From assembly GCA_030390025.1 (NCBI GenBank), contig CM059433.1:22756001-22816000 (forward strand): a DNA stretch of 60,000 bases, written 5' to 3'. A model generated the notes under the pieces. That model had not been told where the DNA came from, searched no databases, and saw nothing but the letters and a program-made list of their open reading frames with translations. Shown piece by piece: positions 35,937 to 47,806 of the stretch. Each line of letters starts with the position of its first letter. Position 1 is the first letter of the stretch. The translations under genes and the position numbers were made by a program. The DNA is from Squalus acanthias. Its lineage: Eukaryota.

Positions 35937-38900
35937 GCACGAACTTCTCGCCACAGAGAGCGCGAGGTCTTTGTGGGAAGCTTACTTTGGGGTGAGTGGT
36001 GAATGCCTTTGCTTTGCCGCTGCTCGAAAATTATGGGCCATTAATTTTGCTGCTCATAAAATATGTCCAAAATGAGGAGAGTCGGGTAAGTTATTGGTGG
36101 AAGCACAAAGTAGGGCACAATATAGTTCCAAAAGAAGATTCACTAATGCGACATGTGGCTAGTGAGCACATTAATAAAGATATTTCTGTTTTCAAGGATA
36201 ATGGTAAATGCATAGCCTAGAAATTGCTGTTTGTGATATTAGCACATGAAGGTGTTATAAATTTCTGGTCTGCACTGGAAGATCTCTTAGCTTCAGTCTG
36301 CAGTCACTCCTGTATGTGCACCTCACATCCCCTACAGTCAGCAATATATTTTTACAACCAATATCTGGTTTTACAACAGCATGGCCCAGGGGCCACAACA
36401 ATGAGACCTCCTCATTATGTGTTTTGGATACTGCCATCCCCTAAGTGTTTTTCTGCTGTCTTTCAGAAGCAAACCAATAAACACTTTAGTGAGATGAGGC
36501 CAATTGTAAACCAACAAACAGCTTTATTTTATTTGAAATACATGAATGAACGGAATACCATTTTCACTGAGTTTTGCCTATTTCCCATTGCTCCTTGTAC
36601 AATCAAAAATACCACTCCACCCCTGTTAGCAGGTTAACCTTACTTTGCAGCTCAGTATTCTCTGAACTGACTAGCACTAATATTTCCTATTACAGGCCAC
36701 GTGCATTCATACCTCAACCTAGAGTCTCTCACAGCCTTCCTCTGTTTGGAGAGAAAGCGAGTCTCTTCTGCCTATTTCACTGTTCCAAACTCAAAACCCT
36801 CTGCTGACAGTCTTTTTTTACACACCAAGAGAGAGGAAGGCAAAACCTTAATCTCCGACCTCTTCCTCAGCTCTCTTTGTTGAGGATTGGCTCACCAAAG
36901 TGTCAAACAAGGCTGTCAACTTGGACTAGAGACTCCCCCAACCCCCCCCCCTTACCAGTGTGAGAGCCACATTAGTTACATTGCCCGTTTAACTGGACCT
37001 CCTGCTGTACTCGATGAATGAAACAAATCCAACATTGTAGGTGTGAACCCTGACCATCCTTCCTATTCTCGGACACCGATCTAGTATTGTGAGCATACAT
37101 AATTCTGTTAATTACTTCAACAGGTACCCCAGCTGGTGGCCCTAATCAACATCCCAGATAATCCTGAGAAAGGGCTTTTAAACTTGTAACATCGACTGAC
37201 TGACTTCTGTTACTCCACGGTTACTACTTGACATGCTGAGCATTTCCAGCCTTTTCTGCTTTTGATCCCAGATAACTTGTGTGTATTGTTTTATTCATTC
37301 TCAGGATATGGGGGTCGCTAGCAAGGCCAGCATATATTGCCCAAGCCTAGTTGCCCTTGCGAAGGTGATGGTGAGCTTAATTGCCCACCACCATTCACGA
37401 CTGGATGTGACAGGACTGCAGAGCTTTGACCTGATCTGTTAGTTGTGAGATCACTTAGCTTTATCAGTAGCGTTCCCTTTGTGATCAACAGAGTGGATGA
37501 AGTGATGTAGCTTGGGTAAAAGATAGGCCAACAAATATAACGAATGAAATCAATTAAGATAAACTTAAATATTTTCACACAACGGCAAGGAACCTTTAAA
37601 CCACGATTGGTATTCGAAGTACCTGTATGCAAGGTCAGTAAAAATATGGAAAATATGGAAATATGGCTGTGAACAGAAAAAAGACAAAGCGATAAAGCAA
37701 AGATGGTATAAAATACTGTGCAAAGAGAGATCGATTAATTTTAGAGGAGTTGCAGCATTATTAGCTGTGACATTATTGGTGATGCTGTCAAAATGTGCAT
37801 AAAGGCAGGAGGGGAGGTGATGGAAGCAATATGGGGAGAATTCAGTAAAAATAGGAGCAGCAAATAATAACTGACAACTCCTATCAGCTGCCAGCTTAAG
37901 GTGAATAGGTGGACAATTAAGAGGGACTGCAAGGAATCATAATGGAGGATTTCAGTGCCCCAGAGGCACTGCAGACAGACTGGGGACAACTGGAAGTAGA
38001 AGTGAAAGTCCCAAAAATCTCATTGCAATTATCAGTGATCAGATCTTAAAATTGAAAAAAGGATATTGGGATGATGCTTCATTAGATTTAGTATTTAGCA
38101 ATTCATCAGAAATGACCACTCATTTTTGTCAGGGACAACTAACAACAACAATGATGACAACAACATGCCTTTGTATTGTACCTTTCAAGTAACAAACTGT
38201 CCCAAGGCACAAAACAGACCAAGTAGTAGTAGAGGAATTAGAATAGGTGATGAATGCATAATCACAAGACAAAGTAATTTAAGGAGGGAGTTCAGAAAAG
38301 TAGGGCCAAGATGCTGGAAGCTCTGCCACCAAGCGAGGTGTGCTGGGTGGGGGGGGGGGGGTGGCGGTTGGGGGGGAGGCGGGGGTTGGAGAAGCGTAGT
38401 GTGCAGGCTGAAACGTGAGGCTGGATGAGGTGGCAGAGTTAATATGGGACAAGGTCATGGAGGGATTTATAAAGGAGTCAGTCCGCCACCCACCTGATGG
38501 AAGGGGTTGGAGGCCGGAACCATTTTCATGGCCAGGCCTCGTTGAATTGTGATTGGAATTGTATTGAAATCTGGGTGATTTTCCGCTTGATTGTCATTTT
38601 GTCTGCTTGGTGCCCCCATGACTTGAGATCAGAAAATCACAGTCACAAACCCAGGTCTTAATACTCCACAGCACAGTATATATATATATATATATATATA
38701 AACAGCACCACTGTGCTACTGACGTATTTAATTCTGTTTCTACTATTTAATTATTAATTAAGAATTAATAATAATAAAAAAATTTAAGTGAGCGGCTCAC
38801 CGAATGGAGAGGCGGAAAATCCGACAGTTCCTCCACAGAGCCCAGCCATGTCTAGATAGTTGGGAGGCGGGGGGGAGTGGGGGAAAGGAGGCAATCCCAG

Positions 38901-39334
38901 GGAGGGCTGTGAGGGGTCAGGTGTCATGGGGGTATCTATTTCTGCGGGGCCATTAATGCTGCTCTTGGCCTCACAATAATCGCTTACCCTTAGTTTGGAA
39001 CGGTCCTTTAAGGACTGCTGGTTGGTCCACTCTACGGCAAGTACCGAATGGCAGAGCATGTGCCTGTTCGAATGAGGATCCCGCCTGTTTCTGGCGGGAA
39101 CCTAGGCCGTCCATTTCAAAGCCCCCATCAAAGTAGGCGGTGACTCGACGCCATCAGGAAGTGCTGCGCTGCCAGTTTCATCGCGCTGCCACTCCATTCC
39201 CACCTGATGTAGGATGGAAATCGGCCCTTGTGCTGCTATGAATAAAAGGACTTGTAAGGAGATAGAAAAATGGGACAGAAGATAAAAGAAAGAAACTGTT
39301 TCCTTCCTGAGCACGTAACAAATGCTGTAATAGT

Positions 39335-39678
39335 GTTTCCCCTCATGGGGGAAATCTAGAACTAGGGGGCATAATTTCAGAATAAGGGGGCACCCCCTTT
39401 TAAATCGGAGATGAGGAGGAATTTCTTCTCTCGGAGGGTCGTGAATCTTTGGAATTCTCTTCTCCAGAGAGCTGTGGAGGCTGGGTTATTGAATATATTT
39501 AAGGTGGAGATAGACAGATTTTTGAACGATAAGGGAGTCAAGGGTTATGGGGAGCGGGCAGGGAAGTGGAGTTGAGGCCAAGATCAGATCAGCCATGATC
39601 TTATTGAATGGCGGAGCAGGCTCGAGGGGCCAAATGACCTACTCCTGCTCCTACGTCTTGTGTTCTTATGTTCTTATG
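39335..39678 (+). mobile_element. CR1 3' fragment
   Basis: SRTRGHNFRIRG...RRNFFSRRVVNLWNSL; (TTCTTATG)n tail. Confidence 0.88.
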
Positions 39679-41111
39679 AATAATATATACAATTTGCTCA
39701 ACAAATTATTAAAATAAAATAAAATTTCAGTCCATTTAAATAGAAATATAATGACTTTTGCTAATCTAGTATTTTATTAGTGTATGTAGTCCCACAGAAA
39801 TGCTGTTTGTATTTTATTTATGACTTGCATGCTAACTTGATTGGCTGTATACTCAAAGGCTACGTGATTTGCCATTTATAACATGATTTCAAGTGTATTT
39901 GGGAATGAAAAATGAGTTGGCCTTTCCAATGTGCTGATCTGTCGAACAGCTGATGAGTAGCTAATTTGCCGTAACTTCCAATATGGACATGCTTGCATGC
40001 CTTAAAGAGATTTTTTTTTCCAATTGCTGAAAACTATGACGTTTGAGGTTACTATTTCAACTTTAGTGGCACCTTTATTAAATAAGCTGCACGCACAATG
40101 TTTACTCAGTTTGGTGTGAAAGCAAAACGAATTTCACGTACCTCAGATACTGAATTATGATTCATTCTACTGGGAAACAGAGTCTAACATTCTCCAGTGA
40201 TCAGTTTTGCATTTTATTAGGTCAAAGCAAATTATTTTAGCCTTGTGCACTTTGCTGGTATCTTTCTCCAGTTTCTTTCTGATCTCCCCTCTTGACCTCT
40301 CCATGCTCATCTTGTCCATGAGTCCCACTTCCTGCTCTCTCGACCCTATTTCCACCAAACTGCTGACCACCCAACTTCCTTTTCTGGCTCCCATGTTAGC
40401 TGACATTGTTAACAGTTCTCTCTCCTCAGGTACTGTCCCCCTCTCCTTCAAATCTGCCATCATCACCCCTCTCCCCAAAAAAACAACCCTTGACCCCACC
40501 GTCCTTGCAACTACCACCCCATCTCCAACCTCCATTTCCTCTCAAAAGTCCTTGAACGTGTTGACACCTCCCAAATCCATGCCCATCTTTTCCGGAACTC
40601 CATGTTTGAATCCCTCCAATCCGGTTTCCACTGCTGCCACAGTACCGAAACGGCTCTCATCAAAGTCACAAATGACATCCTTTGTGACTGTGACAAAGGT
40701 AAACTCTCCCTCCTCATCCTTCTCAACCTGTCTGCAGCCTTTGACACGGTTCCCCACTCCATCCTCCTCCAATGCCTCGCCACCATCATCCGGCTGGGTG
40801 GGACTGCAGTCGCCTGGATCCATTCTTATCTAATCATAGCCAGAAAATCACCTGCAATGACTTCTCTTCCCGCTCCCGCATCTTTACCTCTGGTGTCCCA
40901 CAAGGATCTATCCTTAGACCCCTCCTATTTCTCATCTACATGCTGCCCCTTGGCGACATCATCTGAAAATACGGCATCAGTTTCTACATGTATGCTGACG
41001 ACACCCAGCTCTACCTCAGCACCACTTCTCTCGACCCCTCCACAGTCTCTAAATTGTCAAAAATGAGAAGTCGCACAACACCAGGTTATAGTCCAACAGA
41101 TTTATTTAATT

Positions 41112-41149
41112 TTACAAGCTTTCGGAGCTGTCGCTCCTTCCTCAGGTAA
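41112..41149 (-). ncRNA. Minimal hammerhead ribozyme (pLTR copy)
   Basis: Reverse complement of 47676-47713. Confidence 0.8.
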
Positions 41150-41384
41150 GTTAGCAGTGAGAGAATCTCCCAGAATTCACAATTTAAACACAGACAAAAT
41201 CTATTCAAATCTTTCCCTACATCAAAGACACACTAAGAGCACAGCCAAGACAATGAGATGTGTCCCAGGGGGTCCAACGTGTCAAACCACCTGCTGGCTG
41301 CATATCCTGTCAATTTGTGTTGGTTCTTGTGTTAGTCTTTTTAAAAAAAAAAAAACACCTGGGAAGAGCGGCCATGATGTCAAG

Positions 41385-44063
41385 TCACGTTCTGTATCGT
41401 GACATGAACCCGATATCGCGATTGAGGCCATCCTCATGAGTGCGGAACTTGGCTATCAGTTTCTGCTCTATGATTTTGCGCTGTCGTGTATCCCGAAGGC
41501 CGCCCTGGAGAACGCTTACCCGCAGATCCGAGGCTGAATGCCCCTGGCTGCTGAAGTGTTCCCCGACTGGGAGGGAACCCTCCTGCCTGGCGATTGTTGC
41601 GCGGTGTCCGTTCATACGTTGTCTCAGTGTCTGCATGGTCTCGCCGATGTACCATGCTCTGGAGCATCCTTTACTGCAACGTATCAGGTAGACAACGTTG
41701 GCCGAGTCACATGAGTATGTACCGTGTACCTGGTGGGTAGTGTCCTCATGTGTGATGATGGTATCTGTGTCCATGATTTGGCATGTCTTGCAGAGGTTGC
41801 CGTGGCAGGGTTGTGTGGTGTCTTGGTTGCTGTTCTCCTGAAAGATGGGTAATCTGCTGCGAACTATGGTACTTTTGAGGTTAGGCGGCTGCTTGAAGGC
41901 GAGTAGTGGAGGCGTGGGGATGGCCTTAGCAAGGTGTTCGTCGTCATCGATGACATGTTGAAGGCTGCGAAGAACATGGCGTAGTTTTTCCGCTCCGGGG
42001 AAGTACTGGACGACGTAGGGTACTCTGTTGGTTGTGTCCCGTGTTCGTCTTCTGAGGAGGTCTATGCGGTTTTTCGCTGTGGCCCGTCGGAACTGTCGAT
42101 CGACGAGTCGAGCGTCATATCCTGTTCTTACGAGGGCGTCTTTCAGTGTCCGTAGGTGTCCATCGCATTCCTCCTCGTCTGAGCAGATCCTGTGTATTCG
42201 CAGGGCTTGTCCATAGGGGATGGCTTCTTTAACGTGGTTAGGGTGGAAGCTGGAGAAGTGGAGCATCGTGAGGTTGTCCGTGGGCTTGCGGTAGAGTGAA
42301 GTGCTGAGGCGTCCGTCTTTGATGGAGATTCGTGTGTCCAAGAATGAAACCGATTCTGAGGAGTAGTCCATGGTGAGTTTGATGGTGGGATGGAACCTGT
42401 TGATGCTATCGTGTAGTCCTTTCAGTGATCCTTCGCCGTGGGTCCAAAGGAAGAAGATGTCGTCGATGTATCTGGTGTACAGCGTTGGTTGGAGGTCCTG
42501 TGCAGCGAAGAAGTCTTGCTCGAACTTGTGCATGAAGATGTTGGCGTATTGGGGTGCGAATTTGGTCCCCATGGCTGTTCCGTGTGTTTGGGTAAAAAAA
42601 TGGTTGTCGAAGGTGAAGACATTGTGGTCAAGGATGAAGCGGATGAGTTGTAGGATGGCGTCCGGAGATTGGCTGTTGTTGGTGTTGAGTACTGAGGCTG
42701 TCGCAGCGATGCCGTCATTGTGGGGGATATTGGTGTAGAGTGCCGATACGTCCATCGTGACGAGGAGTGTTCCTGGTTCAACTGGTCCATGGGTGCTGAG
42801 TTTCTGCAAGAAGTCTGTGGTGTTGCGACAGAAGCTGGGGGTTCCCTGTACGATGGGTTTCAGGATGCCCTCGACGTACCCAGAGAAGTTCTCACACAGG
42901 GTTCCGTTGCCTGATACGATAGGACGTCCGGGTGTGTTGGCTTTGTGTATCTTTGGGAGGCAGTAAAAGTCTCCTACGCGGGGAGCACGTGGGATGAGAG
43001 CGCGTAGGATGTTTTGAAGGTCTGGATCGAAGGTCTTGATCAGTCTATTGAGTTGGCGGGTGTGTTCTTTGGTCGGATCTGCGGGTAGCTGTCTGTAGTG
43101 TTCCTGGTTGTCCAGTTATCGGTATGCTTCTTTGCAATAGTCCATTCTGTTCTGTATGACGATGGCTCCTCCTTTGTCCGCTGGTTTGATGACGATGTTG
43201 CGGTTGGTCTTGAGTGCGTGGATGGCGTTGCGTTGTGCTCGGGTGACATTCTGGACTGTCTTGTGAGTACGGCTGATGAATCTGGCGTTGATGCATTTCC
43301 TGACAGCTTGAGCATACATGTCAAGCTTAGGGTTGCGACCCTCCGGAGGGGTCCAATTTGACTCTTTCTACCTCGGTTGTAGCACTGCGGTTCCCTCTGT
43401 CTGCTGTTCCGGATCATTGATTGTCCCATTAGGAATGTTGCTGACATCTTGGGATTTGTGGTAGTATTCCCGGATCCTCATTCTCCTGATGAATTCCTCT
43501 GTGTCCGCCGCGAGACCGATGGGGTCCATTTTGGTGGTGGGGCAGAACTTGAGCCCTAGGGAGAGAACTTCGATTTCGTCTGGTTGAAGGGTGTGGTCCG
43601 ACAGGTTGACGATGGACTTCCCTGTGGTTGCAACCGTGGTACCGGGGGAGGCTTGGTTGTAGCTGGTGGTTACGTCAAGTTTCTCAAGCTTCCTGTTCTT
43701 GATGCGCATGTAGGCAGCGTAGTTCCGTTGCCTCGTCTGTTTGGCGGTGTCTCGTAGCTGGTCTGCTGTGTCCTGAGCACAGGCTGAGAGCATGGACTCT
43801 ATCTTGGTTTCGAGGTTGCGACGTCTGCTGTAGAGCTGGTGTACGAGATGGTTGAGGAGTGTGCGAGAGGTACGACGGCAAAGTCTCTCAGCGTAGTCTG
43901 TGTTGTATGTCGACTTGAGTGGGTTCGTGATCTGTAGTCCTTTCGGAATCTTGTCTGCTTTCTTGCATCTCTGCAGGTACTTGATGTCTGTGTCAATATG
44001 CGCGATCTTCTTGGCGATTCTCTCCACTTTGAGCCGGCAGTTTGCGGTGTCAATAGAGGTCAT
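41385..44063 (-). pseudogene. Penelope RT + GIY-YIG ORF, copy 1 (892 codons, two in-frame nonsense changes)
   Basis: ATG at 44063; TAG at 43368-43370 and TAA at 43116-43118 where copy 2 has AAG and CAA; same frame throughout. Confidence 0.92.
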
Positions 44064-44150
44064 GATGTGGAGATGCTGGCGTTGGACTGGGGTGGACAAA
44101 AATGAGAAGTCGCACAACACCAGGTTATAGTCCAACAGATTTATTTAATT

Positions 44151-44188
44151 TTACAAGCTTTCGGAGCTGTCGCTCCTTCCTCAGGTAA
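44151..44188 (-). ncRNA. Minimal hammerhead ribozyme (pLTR copy)
   Basis: Reverse complement of 47676-47713. Confidence 0.8.
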
Positions 44189-44419
44189 GTTAGCAGTGAG
44201 AGAATCTCCCAGAATTCACAATTTAAACACAGACAAAATCTATTCAAATCTTTCCCTACATCAAAGACACACTAAGAGCACAGCCAAGACAATGAGATGT
44301 GTCCCAGGGGGTCCAACGTGTCAAACCACCTGCTGGCTGCATATCCTGTCAATTTGTGTTGGTTCTTGTGTTAGTCTTTTTAAAAAAAAACACCTGGGAA
44401 GACCGGCCATGATGTCAAG

Positions 44420-47032
44420 TCACGTTCTGTATCGTGACATGAACCCGATATCGCGATTGAGGCCATCCTCATGAGTGCAGAACTTGGCTATCAGTTTCTG
44501 CTCTATGATTTTGCGCTGTCGTGTATCCCGAAGGCCGCCCTGGAGAACGCTTACCCGCAGATCCGAGGCTGAATGCCCCTGGCTGCTGAAGTGTTCCCCG
44601 ACTGGGAGGGAACCCTCCTGCCTGGCGATTGTTGCGCGGTGTCCGTTCATACGTTGTCTCAGTGTCTGCATGGTCTCGCCGATGTACCATGCTCTGGAGC
44701 ATCCTTTACTGCAACGTATCAGGTAGACAACGTTGGCCGAGTCACATGAGTATGTACCGTGTACCTGGTGGGTAGTGTCCTCACGTGTGATGATGGTATC
44801 TGTGTCCATGATTTGGCATGTCTTGCAGAGGTTGCCGTGGCAGGGTTGTGTGGTGTCTTGGTTGCTGTTCTCCTGAAAGATGGGTAATCTGCTGCGAACT
44901 ATGGTACTTTTGAGGTAAGGCGGCTGCTTGAAGGCGAGTAGTGGAGGCGTGGGGATGGCCTTAGCAAGGTGTTCGTCGTCATCGATGACATGTTGAAGGC
45001 TGCGAAGAACATGGCGTAGTTTTTCCGCTCCGGGGAAGTACTGGACGACGTAGGGTACTCTGTTGGTTGTGTCCCGTGTTCGTCTTCTGAGGAGGTCTAT
45101 GCGGTTTTTCGCTGTGGCCCGTCGGAACTGTCGATCGACGAGTCGAGCGTCATATCCCGTTCTTACGAGGGCGTCTTTCAGTGTCCGTAGGTGTCCATCG
45201 CGTTCCTCCTCGTCTGAGCAGATCCTGTGTATTCGCAGGGCTTGTCCATAGGGGATGGCTTCTTTAACGTGGTTAGGGTGGAAGCTGGAGAAGTGGAGCA
45301 TCGTGAGGTTGTCCGTGGGCTTGCGGTAGAGTGAAGTGCTGAGGCGTCCGTCTTTGATGGAGATTCGTGTGTCCAAGAATGAAACCGATTCTGAGGAGTA
45401 GTCCATGGTGAGTTTGATGGTGGGATGGAACCTGTTGATGCTATCGTGTAGTCCTTTCAGTGATCCTTCGCCGTGGGTCCAAAGGAAGAAGATGTCGTCG
45501 ATGTATCTGGTGTACAGCGTTGGTTGGAGGTCCTGTGCAGCGAAGAAGTCTTGCTCGAACTTGTGCATGAAGATGTTGGCGTATTGGGGTGCGAATTTGG
45601 TCCCCATGGCTGTTCCGTGTGTTTGGGTAAAAAAATGGTTGTCGAAGGTGAAGACATTGTGGTCAAGGATGAAGCGAATGAGTTGTAGGATGGCGTCCGG
45701 AGATTGGCTGTTGTTGGTGTTGAGTACTGAGGCTGTCGCAGCGATGCCGTCATTGTGGGGGATATTGGTGTAGAGTGCCGATACGTCCATCGTGACGAGG
45801 AGTGTTCCTGGTTCAACTGGTCCATGGGTGCTGAGTTTCTGCAAGAAGTCTGTGGTGTCGCGACAGAAGCTGGGGGTTCCCTGTACGATGGGTTTCAGGA
45901 TGCCCTCGACGTACCCAGAGAGGTTCTCACACAGGGTTCCATTGTTTAATACGATAGGACGTCCGGGTGTGTTGGCTTTGTGTATCTTTGGGAGGCAGTA
46001 AAAGTCTCCTACGCGTGGAGTACATGGGATGAGAGCGCGTAGGATGTTTTGAAGGTCTGGATCGAAGGTCTTGATCAGTCTATTGAGTTGGCGGGTGTGT
46101 TCTTTGGTCGGATCTGCGGGTAGCTGTCTGTAGTGTTCCTGGTTGTCCAGTTGTCGGTATGCTTCTTTGCAATAGTCCATTCTGTTCTGTATGACGATGG
46201 CTCCTCCTTTGTCCGCTGGTTTGATGACGATGTTGCGGTTGGTCTTGAGTGCGTGGATGGCGTTGCGTTGTGCTCGGGTGACATTCTGGACTGTCTTGTG
46301 AGTACGGCTGATGAATCTGGCGTTGATGCATTTCCTGACAGCTTGAGCATACATGTCAAGCTTAGGGTTGCGACCCTCCGGAGGGGTCCAATTTGACTCT
46401 TTCTTCCTCGGTTGTAGCACTGCGGTTCCCTCTGTCTGCTGTTCCGGATCATTGATTGTCCCATTAGGAATGTTGCTGACATCTTGGGATTTGTGGTAGT
46501 ATTCCCGGATCCTCATTCTCCTGATGAATTCCTCTGTGTCCGCCGCGAGATCGATGGGGTCCATTTTGGTGGTGGGGCAGAACTTGAGCCCTAGGGAGAG
46601 AACTTCGATTTCGTCTGGTTGAAGGGTGTGGTCCGACAGGTTGACGATGGACTTCCCTGTGGTTGCAACCGTGGTACCGGGGGAGGCTTGGTTGTAGCTG
46701 GTGGTTACGCCGAGTTTCTCAAGCTTCCTGTTCTTGATGCGCATGTAGGCAGCGTAGTTCCGTTGCCTCTTCTGTTTGGCGGTGTCTCGTAGCTGGTCTG
46801 CTGTGTCCTGAGCACAGGCTGAGAGCATGGACTCTATCTTGGTTTCGAGGTTGCGACGTCTGCTGTAGAGCTGGTGTATGAGATGGTTGAGGAGTGTGCG
46901 AGAGGTACGACGGCAAAGTCTCTCAGCGTAGTCTGTGTTGTATGTCGACTTGAGTGGGTTCGTGATCTGTAGTCCTTTCGGAATCTTGTCTGCTTTCTTG
47001 CATCTCTGCAGGTACTTGATGTCTGTGTCAAT
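44420..47032 (-). CDS. Penelope RT + GIY-YIG endonuclease ORF, copy 2 (open, lacking ~22 N-terminal aa)
   Basis: IKPADKGGAIV, YCLPKIHK, TMDVSALYTNIP, GTAMGTKFAP, RYIDDIF, Cys linker PCHGNLCKTC, NVVYLIRC...WYIGET...RMNGH. Confidence 0.93.
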   Translation of the reverse strand: MDTDIKYLQRCKKADKIPKGLQITNPLKSTYNTDYAERLCRRTSRTLLNHLIHQLYSRRRNLETKIESMLSACAQDTADQLRDTAKQKRQRNYAAYMRIKNRKLEKLGVTTSYNQASPGTTVATTGKSIVNLSDHTLQPDEIEVLSLGLKFCPTTKMDPIDLAADTEEFIRRMRIREYYHKSQDVSNIPNGTINDPEQQTEGTAVLQPRKKESNWTPPEGRNPKLDMYAQAVRKCINARFISRTHKTVQNVTRAQRNAIHALKTNRNIVIKPADKGGAIVIQNRMDYCKEAYRQLDNQEHYRQLPADPTKEHTRQLNRLIKTFDPDLQNILRALIPCTPRVGDFYCLPKIHKANTPGRPIVLNNGTLCENLSGYVEGILKPIVQGTPSFCRDTTDFLQKLSTHGPVEPGTLLVTMDVSALYTNIPHNDGIAATASVLNTNNSQSPDAILQLIRFILDHNVFTFDNHFFTQTHGTAMGTKFAPQYANIFMHKFEQDFFAAQDLQPTLYTRYIDDIFFLWTHGEGSLKGLHDSINRFHPTIKLTMDYSSESVSFLDTRISIKDGRLSTSLYRKPTDNLTMLHFSSFHPNHVKEAIPYGQALRIHRICSDEEERDGHLRTLKDALVRTGYDARLVDRQFRRATAKNRIDLLRRRTRDTTNRVPYVVQYFPGAEKLRHVLRSLQHVIDDDEHLAKAIPTPPLLAFKQPPYLKSTIVRSRLPIFQENSNQDTTQPCHGNLCKTCQIMDTDTIITREDTTHQVHGTYSCDSANVVYLIRCSKGCSRAWYIGETMQTLRQRMNGHRATIARQEGSLPVGEHFSSQGHSASDLRVSVLQGGLRDTRQRKIIEQKLIAKFCTHEDGLNRDIGFMSRYRT

Positions 47033-47035
47033 TGC

Positions 47036-47806
47036 GCAAGACATGCCAAATCGTGGACACAGATACCATCATCACACGTGAGGACACTACCCACCAGGTA
47101 CACGGTACATACTCATGTGACTCGGCCAACGTTGTCTACCTGATACGTTGCAGTAAAGGATGCTCCAGAGCATGGTACATCGGCGAGACCATGCAGACAC
47201 TGAGACAACGTATGAACGGACACCGCGCAACAATCGCCAGGCAGGAGGGTTCCCTCCCAGTCGGGGAACACTTCAGCAGCCAGGGGCATTCAGCCTCGGA
47301 TCTGCGGGTAAGCGTTCTCCAGGGCGGCCTTCGGGATACACGACAGCGCAAAATCATAGAGCAGAAACTGATAGCCAAGTTCTGCACTCATGAGGATGGC
47401 CTCAATCGCGATATCGGGTTCATGTCACGATACAGAACGTGACTTGACATCATGGCCGGTCTTCCCAGGTGGTTTTTTTTTTTAAAAGACTAACACAAGA
47501 ACCAACACAAATTGACAGGATATGCAGCCAGCAGGTGGTTTGACACGTTGGACCCCCTGGGACACATCTCATTGTCTTGGCTGTGCTCTTAGTGTGTCTT
47601 TGATGTAGGGAAAGATTTGGATAGATTTTGTTTGTGTTTAAATTGTGAATTCTGGGAGATTCTCTCACTGCTAACTTACCTGAGGAAGGAGCGACAGCTC
47701 CGAAAGCTTGTAAAATTAAATAAATCTGTTGGACTATAACCTGGTGTTGTGCGACTTCTCATTTTTGTCCACCCCAGTCCAACGCCGGCATCTCCACATC
47801 ATGACC
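47036..47806 (+). repeat. Inverted copy of the Penelope 3' end (GIY-YIG region + pLTR)
   Basis: Reverse complement of ~44058-44826; ORF 47032-47442 matches the endonuclease C-terminus. Confidence 0.95.
47676..47713 (+). ncRNA. Minimal type I hammerhead ribozyme in the pLTR
   Basis: TTAC-CTGAGGA-A-GGAGC-GACA-GCTCC-GAAA-GC-TT-GTAA: stem I TTAC/GTAA, core CUGANGA and GAAA, stem II GGAGC/GCTCC, palindromic AGCT stem III. Confidence 0.8.

Noticed and set aside
44420..47044. Telomerase RT, retron or group II intron RT
   Set aside because: C-terminal GIY-YIG endonuclease, pLTRs and hammerheads identify a Penelope-like element.
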